From: Nitrospiria bacterium
GTDB taxonomy: Bacteria > Nitrospirota > Nitrospiria > SBBL01 > JAADHI01
Length of the DNA stretch: 64,000 nt
Assembly (NCBI GenBank): GCA_945787655.1
Contig: CALZIJ010000005.1
Span: 2,804-66,803 of the forward strand
Reading direction: 5' to 3'
A model generated the notes under the pieces. That model was given only the letters and a program-made list of their open reading frames with translations, did no database searches and was not told the origin of the DNA. The first letter of the stretch is position 1; every line of letters begins with the position of its first letter. Made by a program: the position numbers and the translations under genes. Positions 1-8,932 of this stretch are shown one piece after another.

Positions 1-83
1 TGTAGATAGATTTCCATTTTTCTTTTACAAACGGCAATGCAGCCGCAGCGATAAAAAACAGAAATCCAGGATGAATCCAGAGA

Positions 84-356
84 TCAATCATAATAATTTT
101 CAGGCTTCATCAAGAATGTGTGCCCAACCCATTTTGAAATCACAATAATCAAATACGTTGAAATAAACCCGTAAAGCGAAGAAAACCCCGGAATCCAATC
201 CCAAATAAAATAGATATGGACCAAATGTAGCGACGGGATATGGATAATCACGTCAATAATAACGAGTGCGATGCCGAAGTAGAGAAAAAATTTCTTTGTT
301 TTTTTCATCTCTTCCGGGTTTTCAATAATCTTTTCAAGCCAATTAATAATCCACAT
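84..356 (-). CDS. Small (90 aa) integral membrane protein, translationally coupled to the upstream antiporter-like subunit; function unknown
   Basis: The ATG at 356-354 overlaps the TAA stop of the 502-aa gene (TAATG). The translation shows two to three hydrophobic helices (FFLYFGIALVIIDVIIHI, GFSSLYGFISTYLIIVISKW). I recognise no family. Confidence 0.5.
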   Translation of the reverse strand: MWIINWLEKIIENPEEMKKTKKFFLYFGIALVIIDVIIHIPSLHLVHIYFIWDWIPGFSSLYGFISTYLIIVISKWVGHTFLMKPENYYD

Positions 357-1864
357 TAGCCAATCACCAGTTTTGCAAGGTTAAGAAATAAGTTGGGGAA
401 TATCCCTAAGAGCACGGCGATGACCGCCGTGACACAAAGCGGCCCTACGAGACATTTATGGTCGGCTTCATTGACCTCATGATGTTCATCGTCATGACCG
501 CCATCTTTATCTCCCGCCACAGCGTGTTCGTGCGCTTCATCCGGCGGTTTAAAAAATGCGTTATAAACAATTGGTAAAAAATAACCCGCGTTTAATAAGG
601 TACTGGTCAGAAGCACAATCAATACCGGGATTTGGTGAGATTCTATAGAACCTAAAGCCAAATACCATTTTGAAGCAAAACCTGAAACGGGCGGCACACC
701 GATCATGCTCAATGCCCCGATTGTGAACGCCGCCATTGTGAGAGGCAATTGCCGCCCGATGCCCTTCATTTGGGAAATATCCGTTTTGTGGGTAATCACA
801 TATATCGACCCTGCGGCGTAAAACAAGGTGATTTTTGAAAAGGCATGATTGGCAATATGAATAATGCCACCGGTCATGCCGGATACCGTAAGCAATGCGC
901 CCCCCAAAATAATGTAGGAGAGTTGACTCACAGTTGAATACGCCAATCGGGCTTTCAGGTTATCCCGTGTCATCGCAAATAAAGAGGCCATTACAATCGT
1001 AAAGGAGGCCAAGACCGCCGTTACTGTTCCCAAATGCAATGACTGCATCAAATCTACACCAAAAACATGAAAAATAATCCTTAAAACAGAAAATACCCCG
1101 GTATTTACCACAGCCACAGCATGAAGAAGGGCGCTCACGGGGGTCGGCGCCACCATCGCTGCAGGCAGCCATGCATGGAATGGCATGATTGCCGCTTTTC
1201 CAACACCAAATAACAGCAGAAAAAAGATCGTCACCAAAATAGGGGCGCTTACCCCATCCGGGAAAAGTCCGCCATGTTGAAAATCGAGTGTGCCCGCCAC
1301 GGCATAAGTCAGCAACATTCCGGCCAATAAAAAGGCTTTCGAGGTCCCCAGTAGATAAAAAAGGTACTTATTGGCTCCGGCATACGCCACTTCTGTCTGT
1401 TTGTGTGAAACAAGCGGATAGGTGATCAATGTCAGCATTTCATAAAAAAGATAAAGCGTAACCAAGTTGGCCGAAAAAGCCACCCCCATGGTCATTGAAA
1501 GGGTCACCGCAAAACAGGCATAAAACCGGGTTTGGGCATGTTCTTTCGTCGGACGCATGTACCCAATCGAATAAATCGAGGTCACCATCCACAAAGTCGA
1601 CGCGACGATAGCAAAGGTGATCCCCAGCGCATCGACCTTAAGTGAAAAGGACACTTCCTCCAAAAATGTAAACAGAGTAAAACTGTAAGTATTTCCGGCT
1701 AAAACACCGGGAAGCATAGAGATGACCAATAAAAATTTGATTACAGCGGCCCCAAAGGAGCAGGCTTCTCTTTTATTGGGATTGTCTCTGTTGGCAATAA
1801 TTAAGCCGGCCCCAACCAAGGAAACCAGCATAATTAGCATCGGGCGAAATGAGGCGATGTCCAT
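356..1864 (-). CDS. Proton-translocating antiporter-like subunit of the NuoL/M/N (MrpA/MrpD) family, 502 aa, directly after nuoK
   Basis: The protein is polytopic and has family-typical stretches (VDALGITFAIVASTLWMVTSIYSIGYM, LFYEMLTLITYPLV, WLPAAMVAPTPVSALLHA). It sits at the distal end of the nuo operon. At 502 aa it is shorter than canonical NuoL. A His/Asp/Glu-rich insert precedes the last TM helix. Confidence 0.85.
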   Translation of the reverse strand: MDIASFRPMLIMLVSLVGAGLIIANRDNPNKREACSFGAAVIKFLLVISMLPGVLAGNTYSFTLFTFLEEVSFSLKVDALGITFAIVASTLWMVTSIYSIGYMRPTKEHAQTRFYACFAVTLSMTMGVAFSANLVTLYLFYEMLTLITYPLVSHKQTEVAYAGANKYLFYLLGTSKAFLLAGMLLTYAVAGTLDFQHGGLFPDGVSAPILVTIFFLLLFGVGKAAIMPFHAWLPAAMVAPTPVSALLHAVAVVNTGVFSVLRIIFHVFGVDLMQSLHLGTVTAVLASFTIVMASLFAMTRDNLKARLAYSTVSQLSYIILGGALLTVSGMTGGIIHIANHAFSKITLFYAAGSIYVITHKTDISQMKGIGRQLPLTMAAFTIGALSMIGVPPVSGFASKWYLALGSIESHQIPVLIVLLTSTLLNAGYFLPIVYNAFFKPPDEAHEHAVAGDKDGGHDDEHHEVNEADHKCLVGPLCVTAVIAVLLGIFPNLFLNLAKLVIG

Positions 1865-1895
1865 CAGTCGATTTTAACTTTCTTTTCCATACGGC

Positions 1896-2198
1896 TTACC
1901 ATTTCAAAAGATTAATCTGGTCTACATTCAGCGTCGTTCTGACTCTGAACAGTGCGATGACCAAAGCCAAGCCCAAAGCCACTTCAGCGGCCGCCATCGT
2001 GAGAATAAAAAACACCATCATTTGTCCCGTAATGGTTTGATGAAAATTCGAGTACGCCACAAAGGTAATGTTTGCGGAATTTAAGATTAATTCAATCGAG
2101 AGCAGCACCATGATGATGTTTCTTCGGATCAGAACACCCACGACTCCCAGCGAAAACAAAAAAAATCCTAATGTGATATACCACTCTAATGGAATCAT
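1896..2198 (-). CDS. nuoK: NADH-quinone oxidoreductase subunit K
   Basis: This is a 100-aa protein with three TM helices. Its position between nuoJ and the antiporter-like subunit fits nuoK. Its start overlaps the nuoJ stop (ATGA). Confidence 0.9.
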   Translation of the reverse strand: MIPLEWYITLGFFLFSLGVVGVLIRRNIIMVLLSIELILNSANITFVAYSNFHQTITGQMMVFFILTMAAAEVALGLALVIALFRVRTTLNVDQINLLKW

Positions 2199-2470
2199 CT
2201 TTCGTTAACCAATGCTTTTTCAGCTTTTCTACGTGTGGTCAAATCAACCCTTCCACCAGGCCCTTTTGCTCTTTTTGATCCTCTTCCGGCTAAAATAATG
2301 GCCCCGAACATGGCCACCAGCAAAATAAGAGAAGCGATTTCAAAAGGGAAAATAAACTCGGTAAACAATGCGTTTCCGATAACCCGGGTATGCCCGATTT
2401 CCTGAACGGATTCCGGTGTCAATGGACCCCCTTTGCTTAATATCTCTGTTTTGAAACCCGCAAACAACAT
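2195..2470 (-). CDS. nuoJ: NADH-quinone oxidoreductase subunit J, C-terminal fragment (downstream of an in-frame TAG)
   Basis: It is in the same reading frame as ORF 2531..2773. It contains the NuoJ C-terminal TM helix (FEIASLILLVAMFGAIILAG) and a basic tail. See the finding on the in-frame stop. Confidence 0.75.
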   Translation of the reverse strand: MLFAGFKTEILSKGGPLTPESVQEIGHTRVIGNALFTEFIFPFEIASLILLVAMFGAIILAGRGSKRAKGPGGRVDLTTRRKAEKALVNER

Positions 2471-2530
2471 TAAAAAAAGGACAACAACCCCTAAAAAACC
2501 GCCTACTTTATATTGCCTGTGCAGGTATAG

Positions 2531-2773
2531 CTATTCCTGTTTTGGATTAAACAACATCAAGACAAAAACATAGGTCACCAAAATGGCCCCGGCATACACG
2601 ATGATTTGCACCGCCGCAATGAATTCAGCATTCAGTAAGATATAAATCCCGGCGATGTGAATGAAGGTCACCAGCAATGACAACGCGCTGTACACCAGGT
2701 TAGGCGTAAAAACCGCCACCACGGCTCCGGCGACCGCCATTCCGCCAAAATAGAAAAAAAGAAGCTGTGCCAT
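2531..2773 (-). CDS. nuoJ: NADH-quinone oxidoreductase subunit J, N-terminal fragment (ends at an in-frame TAG at 2531-2533)
   Basis: The N-terminal three TM helices carry the conserved IIVYAGAILV motif. The fragment starts 2 nt after the nuoI stop. Confidence 0.75.
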   Translation of the reverse strand: MAQLLFFYFGGMAVAGAVVAVFTPNLVYSALSLLVTFIHIAGIYILLNAEFIAAVQIIVYAGAILVTYVFVLMLFNPKQE

Positions 2774-2775
2774 TA

Positions 2776-3330
2776 CTAGGCTTCTCCTTTCTTGACATGG
2801 GGGAAATTTTGAGCTTTCAGTTTTTCGTAGAGATTAATTTTGGCGTCTGAATATACCGGACGTTTCTCCCTGACCGGAAAATATTTATCGCCCAGAGTCA
2901 ACATCGTATCCTTAGTCATCACAAGCTTTCTTTTATCTGTTGTCGCCAGTTCATATTCTTTACTGGCGGCCAAAGCAGTTACAGGACACGCCTGAACACA
3001 AAAGCCACAAAAAACGCACTTGGTCATATCAAGAATGTATGTCTCTGCAATACGTTTTTGCGGCAAATCAGGTCTTTCCGCGCTAATTACTGTAATACAA
3101 TGAGAGGGACAAGCCGCCTCACACAAGGCACAACCGACACACTTTTCGGTTCCATCATCATAACGCAGGTGCACAATCGCGCCCCGCCATCCGTCCGGTA
3201 AATTTGGCTTTGTATGCGGATATTGTTGCGTAATCACCTTTCCTTTAAAAAGATGTTTTATGGTCAGACGAAGCCCTTGTAGTATTTCCGAGAAAAAGAC
3301 AGTCTTTAATAAACTTTTATTTGAAGCCAT
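2776..3330 (-). CDS. nuoI: NADH-quinone oxidoreductase subunit I (2x[4Fe-4S] ferredoxin)
   Basis: Two CxxCxxCxxxCP motifs are present (CVGCALCEAACP and CVFCGFCVQACP). The operon position fits nuoI. Confidence 0.92.
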   Translation of the reverse strand: MASNKSLLKTVFFSEILQGLRLTIKHLFKGKVITQQYPHTKPNLPDGWRGAIVHLRYDDGTEKCVGCALCEAACPSHCITVISAERPDLPQKRIAETYILDMTKCVFCGFCVQACPVTALAASKEYELATTDKRKLVMTKDTMLTLGDKYFPVREKRPVYSDAKINLYEKLKAQNFPHVKKGEA

Positions 3331-3342
3331 ACGCGATCCTTT

Positions 3343-4359
3343 TTAATTCAAAAGATACTTAATGATCGACGTTAATAAAACGTTAACAAGCGCAACCGGC
3401 AGCATAATCTTCCATCCAAAGGCCATCAACTGATCAAAACGCAGTCTTGGCACAGTGGCTCGCAACCAAATATAGAAAAACAGCAGGAAGTATACTTTGA
3501 CTAAAAACCAGACAATGGGAGGGATAAATTCCAGCGCGGGAAGCGGCGCCTGCCATCCGCCTAAAAAAGCCACAACAGCGATGCAAGACACCAAAATCAT
3601 GTTGGCATATTCCGCGAGGAAAAAGAAGGAAAACCGCATGCCCGAATATTCTGTAAAAAATCCTGCCACCAGCTCACTCTCTGCTTCCGGCATGTCAAAG
3701 GGCAGACGGTTTGTTTCCGCAATGGCACAAATCATATAAACGACAAAGGCAATGGGCTGTGCCACCACAAACCAATTCCATATTCCGCCACCTTGTGCTT
3801 CAGTCATGGTCTTCATTGACAGAGATTCCGATAAAAGGATGGGTCCAACCAGGGCCAAACCCAGGGGCAGCTCATAACTAATCACCTGTGCGGCTGAACG
3901 CAGGCCGCCCAAGAGCGCATACTTACTGTTTGAGGCCCATCCACCCAATAAAATGCCATAGGCCCCAATGGAAGCAAATGCGAGAACATACAGTACACCA
4001 ATATTAATATCGGTAATATACGGCGTGATTTCGATCGGGCCTATTTGCAGAGAATCCCGCCCGAAGGGGACAACGGCGAATCCGATAAGCGCCGGAACCA
4101 AAACCAATATCGGCGCCGCCGAAAAGATGATCTTGTTCGCTCCGGCTGGGATAATGTCTTCCTTAAAAAACAATTTGAGTCCATCCGCCAAAGGCTGAAG
4201 CAGTCCATGCGGCCCAACTTCCATCGGACCCAGTCGGTCTTGCATGTCACTTAAAATTTTTCGCTCGGCATAAGTCAAATACGCGACATGCGTTAAAACC
4301 ACCCCTAATACCGCGGCAATCTGAATAATGACCACAACAACCTGTATAACTAAATCCAT
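3343..4359 (-). CDS. nuoH: NADH-quinone oxidoreductase subunit H
   Basis: This is a 338-aa polytopic protein with NuoH/ND1-typical stretches (YAERKILSDMQDRLGP, GWASNSKYALLGGLRSAAQVISYE, EAESELVAGF). The operon position fits. Confidence 0.92.
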   Translation of the reverse strand: MDLVIQVVVVIIQIAAVLGVVLTHVAYLTYAERKILSDMQDRLGPMEVGPHGLLQPLADGLKLFFKEDIIPAGANKIIFSAAPILVLVPALIGFAVVPFGRDSLQIGPIEITPYITDINIGVLYVLAFASIGAYGILLGGWASNSKYALLGGLRSAAQVISYELPLGLALVGPILLSESLSMKTMTEAQGGGIWNWFVVAQPIAFVVYMICAIAETNRLPFDMPEAESELVAGFFTEYSGMRFSFFFLAEYANMILVSCIAVVAFLGGWQAPLPALEFIPPIVWFLVKVYFLLFFYIWLRATVPRLRFDQLMAFGWKIMLPVALVNVLLTSIIKYLLN

Positions 4360-4371
4360 CTTTCCTCTAAT

Positions 4372-6981
4372 TTACTGAGTGGCCACCTGCACTTTGGCCA
4401 ATGTCACTTTGCCTCGGTCGCCATAGGGCACACCGGACGTTGCATCAATTTCAAAAGGGAGCATTTTTTTTATATTGAGCGCGAAATGCTCTGGTATAAA
4501 TAGTGTGCCTTCTGCCAATTTCTTACTATATTTAACAGGAAGCTGAATCGCACCCTCACTGCCGTCAACCGAAATTTCAACGATTTCTTCTTCGTCAATA
4601 TCCAAACGTTCAGCATCCTCAGGATGAATCAGAACCACCATTTTGCCCAAAAGGGTCTTTAAACCTGAAGCATAGGTAGACATTTTTCCCGCATGAAACA
4701 GGCTTTGACCGACCTGCAAATCAAATGCGCCATTTTTTATAGCAGCTTCAGGTAGCGCCCAGTGCAGATCCAACCGTTCCGCATATCGTGCAATACTTGC
4801 GCTAACGCCTTCAGAACCTAACAGCACAGGCCACCCCGGCGGCATTCCCATGACCACTTCCTTCCAAACGGCATCTGCCGATTGATGACCAAGCAGCTTC
4901 TGATAGGGCACGTTCTCTGTGGTTTTCATTTTATTGATTAGCGTTGAGAAAATCTGCCAATCCGGTTTTGCATTACCAAGGGGGTCAATCGCCTCGCGAC
5001 CCTTTTGCGTTTCTCCTTCCTGGTTTGTAAAGTGTCCCGATTTTTCTGCATAACTTGCGGCAGGCAAAACAATCTGGGCCAATGCATTCGTTTCCGTCGG
5101 GAAAAGATCCTGACAAATAAGCAGATCAAGCTGACTGAGGGCTTCCGAAACCTGTTTTTGCGGAAGAGAACGCAAGGGATCTTCCCCGACCAAGTATAAG
5201 ACCTTGATTTCCCCACGAGCGGCGGCATCAATCATTTCAATGGCCGTGTATCCCCTTTCTTCAGAGGAAATCGGCTGAAAGCCCGGTAAAAATTCCGGCG
5301 CCCCCCCCATCTCAACGGCCCCAAAGGCATTGGGTTCTTTGGCCAAGGGAAGAATACCTGTGCCGGGACGCCCCACGTTTCCAGTTGAAATGGCCATTTC
5401 GGCCAACCGGAGCATGGACTGATAGCCTCCCGCTCCGCGCAAAATAGATCGACCGGCGATAATCATTCCGTTGTCGGCTGTACCAAATTTTGCGGCAGCA
5501 TCCCGGAAGGCCTCTTCGGACACACCTGTGACAGCTTCTATTTGCGCAAAAGAAACTGCATCTGCCGCAGATTTCATTTTTTCAATCAATTCGGAGGCCC
5601 CACCTTTAGCCGCACCCGAATCAATTATGGCCTTGGTCAATCCAAGAATCGCTGTATTTTCCGTCCCCATGTTGATCTGCACATGCTGATGCGCAAGGTG
5701 GGGCAGATGACTGATATAGGTTTCTCTTTTACGATGATAAGGGGCGATGGTCACCAGTTTTGTGCCATGGTTCCGGACGGCATCTTTTACTTTGAGGGCA
5801 ACAATCGGATTTGTTTCAGTCATTTCTCCGGCAAACACCAAAAGACAGTCCGCGGCGGCGATATCCTCATAACGGGATATTCTGGCCGTACCAAAAACAT
5901 CATGAAATGCCGTGATCGCATTCATAAAACCAAAACGCGCATCACTATCGATATGCGGTGTACCGATGGTCTCCCGCATCAATTTTTGAAACAAATACAC
6001 TTCTTCATTGCTGCATTGCGCAGAAATAATTCCGCCAATCGCTTGAGGACCATGCGTTTCAATGGCGGCTTTCAATCCTTCGCTTGCCTTTTGATAAGCC
6101 CACTCCCAAGTCACCTCAAGGTCATTATTATTTAAACGAACACGGGGTCGTGTCAGACGAGAGTCATGATTGACGGCATCATACCCAAAAAAACCACGCG
6201 CACAAAGATCACCCTCGTTTCTTCCCGTACCGGTTTCCGAAGTCGCCCGTTTGATTTCTTCATTAACTGTTTCAAGCGTCAATGTGCATCCATCGCCACA
6301 AAAATTACAGATGGTTTCTGTTTTTTTCAGCTGCCAGGTCCGATAATCAAACATCGATACCCTGGAGGTTAATGCACCGACCGGGCAAATCTGCACGCAC
6401 CCCCCGCAAAATTCGCAATCCAGCTCCTGCTGCGCGAAAGCGCCGACTTCGTGCATTGATCCACGGTTCATCGAACCCAAGGCATTTGAACCGATCACCT
6501 CATCACAATAACGGACACATCGAAGGCAGCTGACACAGCGGTTCATTTCTTTTTCAATGAGCGGGCCAAAATAGGTTTTTTCAAAAGTCCGCTTGTTTTC
6601 GCCAAAAGGAGACGTCATGGCGCCGTATTGGTGGGCAAAATCCTGGAGCTGACATTCCCCGCCCTGATCACATTCCGGACAATCCAGCGGATGGTTCCCC
6701 AGTAAAAACGCCATTACTCCTTTTTGCGCATCCAACACCTTCTCTGAGGCCGTCTGAACGACCATGCCTTCCGTAACTTCCGTACTGCACGAAGTTTGTA
6801 GTTTCGGCATTTTTTCAATTTCAACCAGACACATCCGGCAATTGGCATCGGGCTTAAGCTTGGGGTGATAACAGAAATGCGCAATCTCAGCACCAGCAAG
6901 CTTGGCCGCCTCGATGACCCGCGTTCCTTTTTCAACCGTTACTTCCTGATCGTTGATTTTAAGTGTGACCCGTGAACTCAT
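4372..6981 (-). CDS. nuoG: NADH-quinone oxidoreductase subunit G (75-kDa Fe-S subunit with molybdopterin-oxidoreductase-like domain)
   Basis: The N-terminus has a 2Fe-2S ferredoxin fold (HFCYHPKL..CRMCLVE). Cys clusters HPLDCPECDQGGEC and CVSCLRCVRYC..CEFCGGCVQICP follow, then a large MopB-like domain. The protein is 869 aa. Confidence 0.9.
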   Translation of the reverse strand: MSSRVTLKINDQEVTVEKGTRVIEAAKLAGAEIAHFCYHPKLKPDANCRMCLVEIEKMPKLQTSCSTEVTEGMVVQTASEKVLDAQKGVMAFLLGNHPLDCPECDQGGECQLQDFAHQYGAMTSPFGENKRTFEKTYFGPLIEKEMNRCVSCLRCVRYCDEVIGSNALGSMNRGSMHEVGAFAQQELDCEFCGGCVQICPVGALTSRVSMFDYRTWQLKKTETICNFCGDGCTLTLETVNEEIKRATSETGTGRNEGDLCARGFFGYDAVNHDSRLTRPRVRLNNNDLEVTWEWAYQKASEGLKAAIETHGPQAIGGIISAQCSNEEVYLFQKLMRETIGTPHIDSDARFGFMNAITAFHDVFGTARISRYEDIAAADCLLVFAGEMTETNPIVALKVKDAVRNHGTKLVTIAPYHRKRETYISHLPHLAHQHVQINMGTENTAILGLTKAIIDSGAAKGGASELIEKMKSAADAVSFAQIEAVTGVSEEAFRDAAAKFGTADNGMIIAGRSILRGAGGYQSMLRLAEMAISTGNVGRPGTGILPLAKEPNAFGAVEMGGAPEFLPGFQPISSEERGYTAIEMIDAAARGEIKVLYLVGEDPLRSLPQKQVSEALSQLDLLICQDLFPTETNALAQIVLPAASYAEKSGHFTNQEGETQKGREAIDPLGNAKPDWQIFSTLINKMKTTENVPYQKLLGHQSADAVWKEVVMGMPPGWPVLLGSEGVSASIARYAERLDLHWALPEAAIKNGAFDLQVGQSLFHAGKMSTYASGLKTLLGKMVVLIHPEDAERLDIDEEEIVEISVDGSEGAIQLPVKYSKKLAEGTLFIPEHFALNIKKMLPFEIDATSGVPYGDRGKVTLAKVQVATQ

Positions 6982-7052
6982 TATGAACTGACTTCCTTAA
7001 TGTTAATAACCAACATACTCAATTTATATTGAACCCTGAGAACATTTTCTCG

Positions 7053-8354
7053 CTAATGCGCCATCGACAATGCGGCATTGGGGTTAAATGGACAGCTTTT
7101 CTCCCGGATATGCTGCTCGAACTCATCCCTGAAGTGCTTGATACTGGAAAGCACGGGTCCTACTTCAGCCTCGCCAAAAGCGCAAACGGTCTTCCCTTCA
7201 ATTCTTCCGCAAAGATATTCCAGCTGCTCGATATCCCCCTCACGCCCCTGGCCCTGCTCAATCCGGTGCAAAATCTGCAGCACCCAACCGCTGCCTTCAC
7301 GACACGGGGTACACTGCCCGCACGATTCATGATGAAAAAACTCCATCAGGTTCATTGCGGCCCAAACAATACACGTGTCCTCATCCATTACCGTGATCGC
7401 CCCGGAACCCAGCATGGAACCCGCTTCTTTTACGGATTCAAAATCCAGAGGGGTATCCAAATGCTCTGGCTTCATCATCGGTGCAGAAGCCCCGCCCGGA
7501 ATAAACGCCTTTAATTGTTTATTCCCGCGAACGCCCCCTGCGATATCGTAAATCATTTCCCGAAGCGTCACCCCCATTGGCACTTCGAAATTTCCCGGAT
7601 TATTCACATGACCACTGACCGAAAAAACGCGCGTGCCGGTACTCTTTCCAATCCCTATCGACGCAAACCATTCGCCCCCCCTGTTAATAATATGGGGCAG
7701 GTTTGCCAATGTTTCGACGTTGTTGATGACCGTGGGTTCCTGATACAAACCATGAATGGCCGGGAAGGGAGGCTTGATTCTTGGCTTGCCGCGCTTTCCC
7801 TCGATGGACTCCAAAAGCGCCGTTTCTTCACCGCAAATATAAGCTCCGGCGCCTCGATGAACAGAAACGTCAAAATCGAACCCGCTGCCAAAAACATTTT
7901 TCCCGATCATGCCGGCATCATAGGCCTCCTGAATCGCCTTTTCAAGAATTTCGGCCCCCAGGTCAAACTCTCCCCGGATATAGATATAGGCTGTTTGCGC
8001 ACCGATGGCGTAACAACAAATGGCAATCCCTTCCAGCATCTGGTGTGGATCCCGCTCCATCAGCTGCCGATCTTTATAGGTTCCCGGCTCACTCTCATCC
8101 GCGTTACAACAAAGATACTTGGGCCCCTTATGGTCCTTGGGAATAAAACTCCACTTCATACCGGTTGGGAATCCAGCCCCGCCTCGACCGCGCAAACCCG
8201 ATTTCTTTACTTCCTCGATGACCTCTTCCGGAGTGCGGTCCTTCAATACTTTTTCAAGTGCGGTATATCCGCCCGTTGTCTTGTACGCCTCAATCGAACC
8301 ATCGTAGCCCGCCTGAGCCATATTTTTAAAAAGTACCAGTTCGTATTTTGCCAT
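7053..8354 (-). CDS. nuoF: NADH-quinone oxidoreductase subunit F (FMN/NADH-binding)
   Basis: The translation has GLRGRGGAGFPTG (FMN site), the NADH-site Gly-rich region and ESCGQCTPCREG (4Fe-4S). The protein is 433 aa. Confidence 0.94.
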   Translation of the reverse strand: MAKYELVLFKNMAQAGYDGSIEAYKTTGGYTALEKVLKDRTPEEVIEEVKKSGLRGRGGAGFPTGMKWSFIPKDHKGPKYLCCNADESEPGTYKDRQLMERDPHQMLEGIAICCYAIGAQTAYIYIRGEFDLGAEILEKAIQEAYDAGMIGKNVFGSGFDFDVSVHRGAGAYICGEETALLESIEGKRGKPRIKPPFPAIHGLYQEPTVINNVETLANLPHIINRGGEWFASIGIGKSTGTRVFSVSGHVNNPGNFEVPMGVTLREMIYDIAGGVRGNKQLKAFIPGGASAPMMKPEHLDTPLDFESVKEAGSMLGSGAITVMDEDTCIVWAAMNLMEFFHHESCGQCTPCREGSGWVLQILHRIEQGQGREGDIEQLEYLCGRIEGKTVCAFGEAEVGPVLSSIKHFRDEFEQHIREKSCPFNPNAALSMAH

Positions 8355-8356
8355 CT

Positions 8357-8893
8357 TTACTGTCCTTGCAAAATCGGCAGCATAAAGGGACCTGTTGCAA
8401 GGTCGCTCTCTCCATGCTGCTTCAAATCGTTAAGTATTTTATCCACCTTTTCAGGAGTCAACTGCTCATAATAACGGTTATTGATTTGCATCATCGGCGC
8501 ACTGCCGCAAGCCGCCAAACATTCAACGACTTTGAGCGTAAAATAACCGTCTTCCGTGGTTTCACCAATGCCGATCCCCAAAGTTTTTTGCAAATGCTCG
8601 ACAATGGATATTGCTCCAACAAGTGAACACGACAGGGTTTTACATACCTGAAGCAAATATTTTCCAACCGGCTTCATATTATATTGACTATAAAAAGTCG
8701 CCACATCATAAACCTGAATCGGCGTAAGCTCCAGAACTTCGGCAATATCGATCATCGCGGCCTCAGAGACATACCCGATTTCTTCCTGCGCAATTCGCAA
8801 TGCCGGCAGGGTTAACGACCTTAAGTCCGGATATTTTGGAAACTCCGCCTTTATCCTGGAAACAGCTTCTTTTGAAAGGGCTTTATATTTCAC
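8357..8893 (-). CDS. nuoE: NADH-quinone oxidoreductase subunit E (2Fe-2S)
   Basis: The thioredoxin-like 2Fe-2S Cys pattern is present (VCKTLSC ... ECLAACGSAP). The gene lies immediately upstream of nuoF. Confidence 0.9.
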   Translation of the reverse strand: MKYKALSKEAVSRIKAEFPKYPDLRSLTLPALRIAQEEIGYVSEAAMIDIAEVLELTPIQVYDVATFYSQYNMKPVGKYLLQVCKTLSCSLVGAISIVEHLQKTLGIGIGETTEDGYFTLKVVECLAACGSAPMMQINNRYYEQLTPEKVDKILNDLKQHGESDLATGPFMLPILQGQ

Positions 8894-8932
8894 TTTAAAT
8901 CTGTAAATCCTCCAGCCTCACGGCACTGCGAA

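Noticed and set aside
2531-2533. The in-frame TAG in nuoJ as a pyrrolysine or reassigned codon.
   Set aside because: TAG serves as the ordinary terminator of nuoI, smc and serS in this same window. No pyl genes are visible. Pyrrolysine in a complex I membrane subunit has no precedent that I know of. Error, a nonsense mutation or local readthrough are more parsimonious.
7515-8471. A 318-aa ORF on the + strand, opposite nuoF/nuoE. Similar long antisense ORFs occur at 9287..9946, 5542..6135, 7029..7514, 22011..22466, 23595..24128, 27125..27538 and 27420..27830.
   Set aside because: These ORFs lie entirely antisense to genes with unambiguous conserved motifs. Their translations are Arg/Pro/Ser-rich or low-complexity with no recognisable domains. 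They are typical shadow ORFs.
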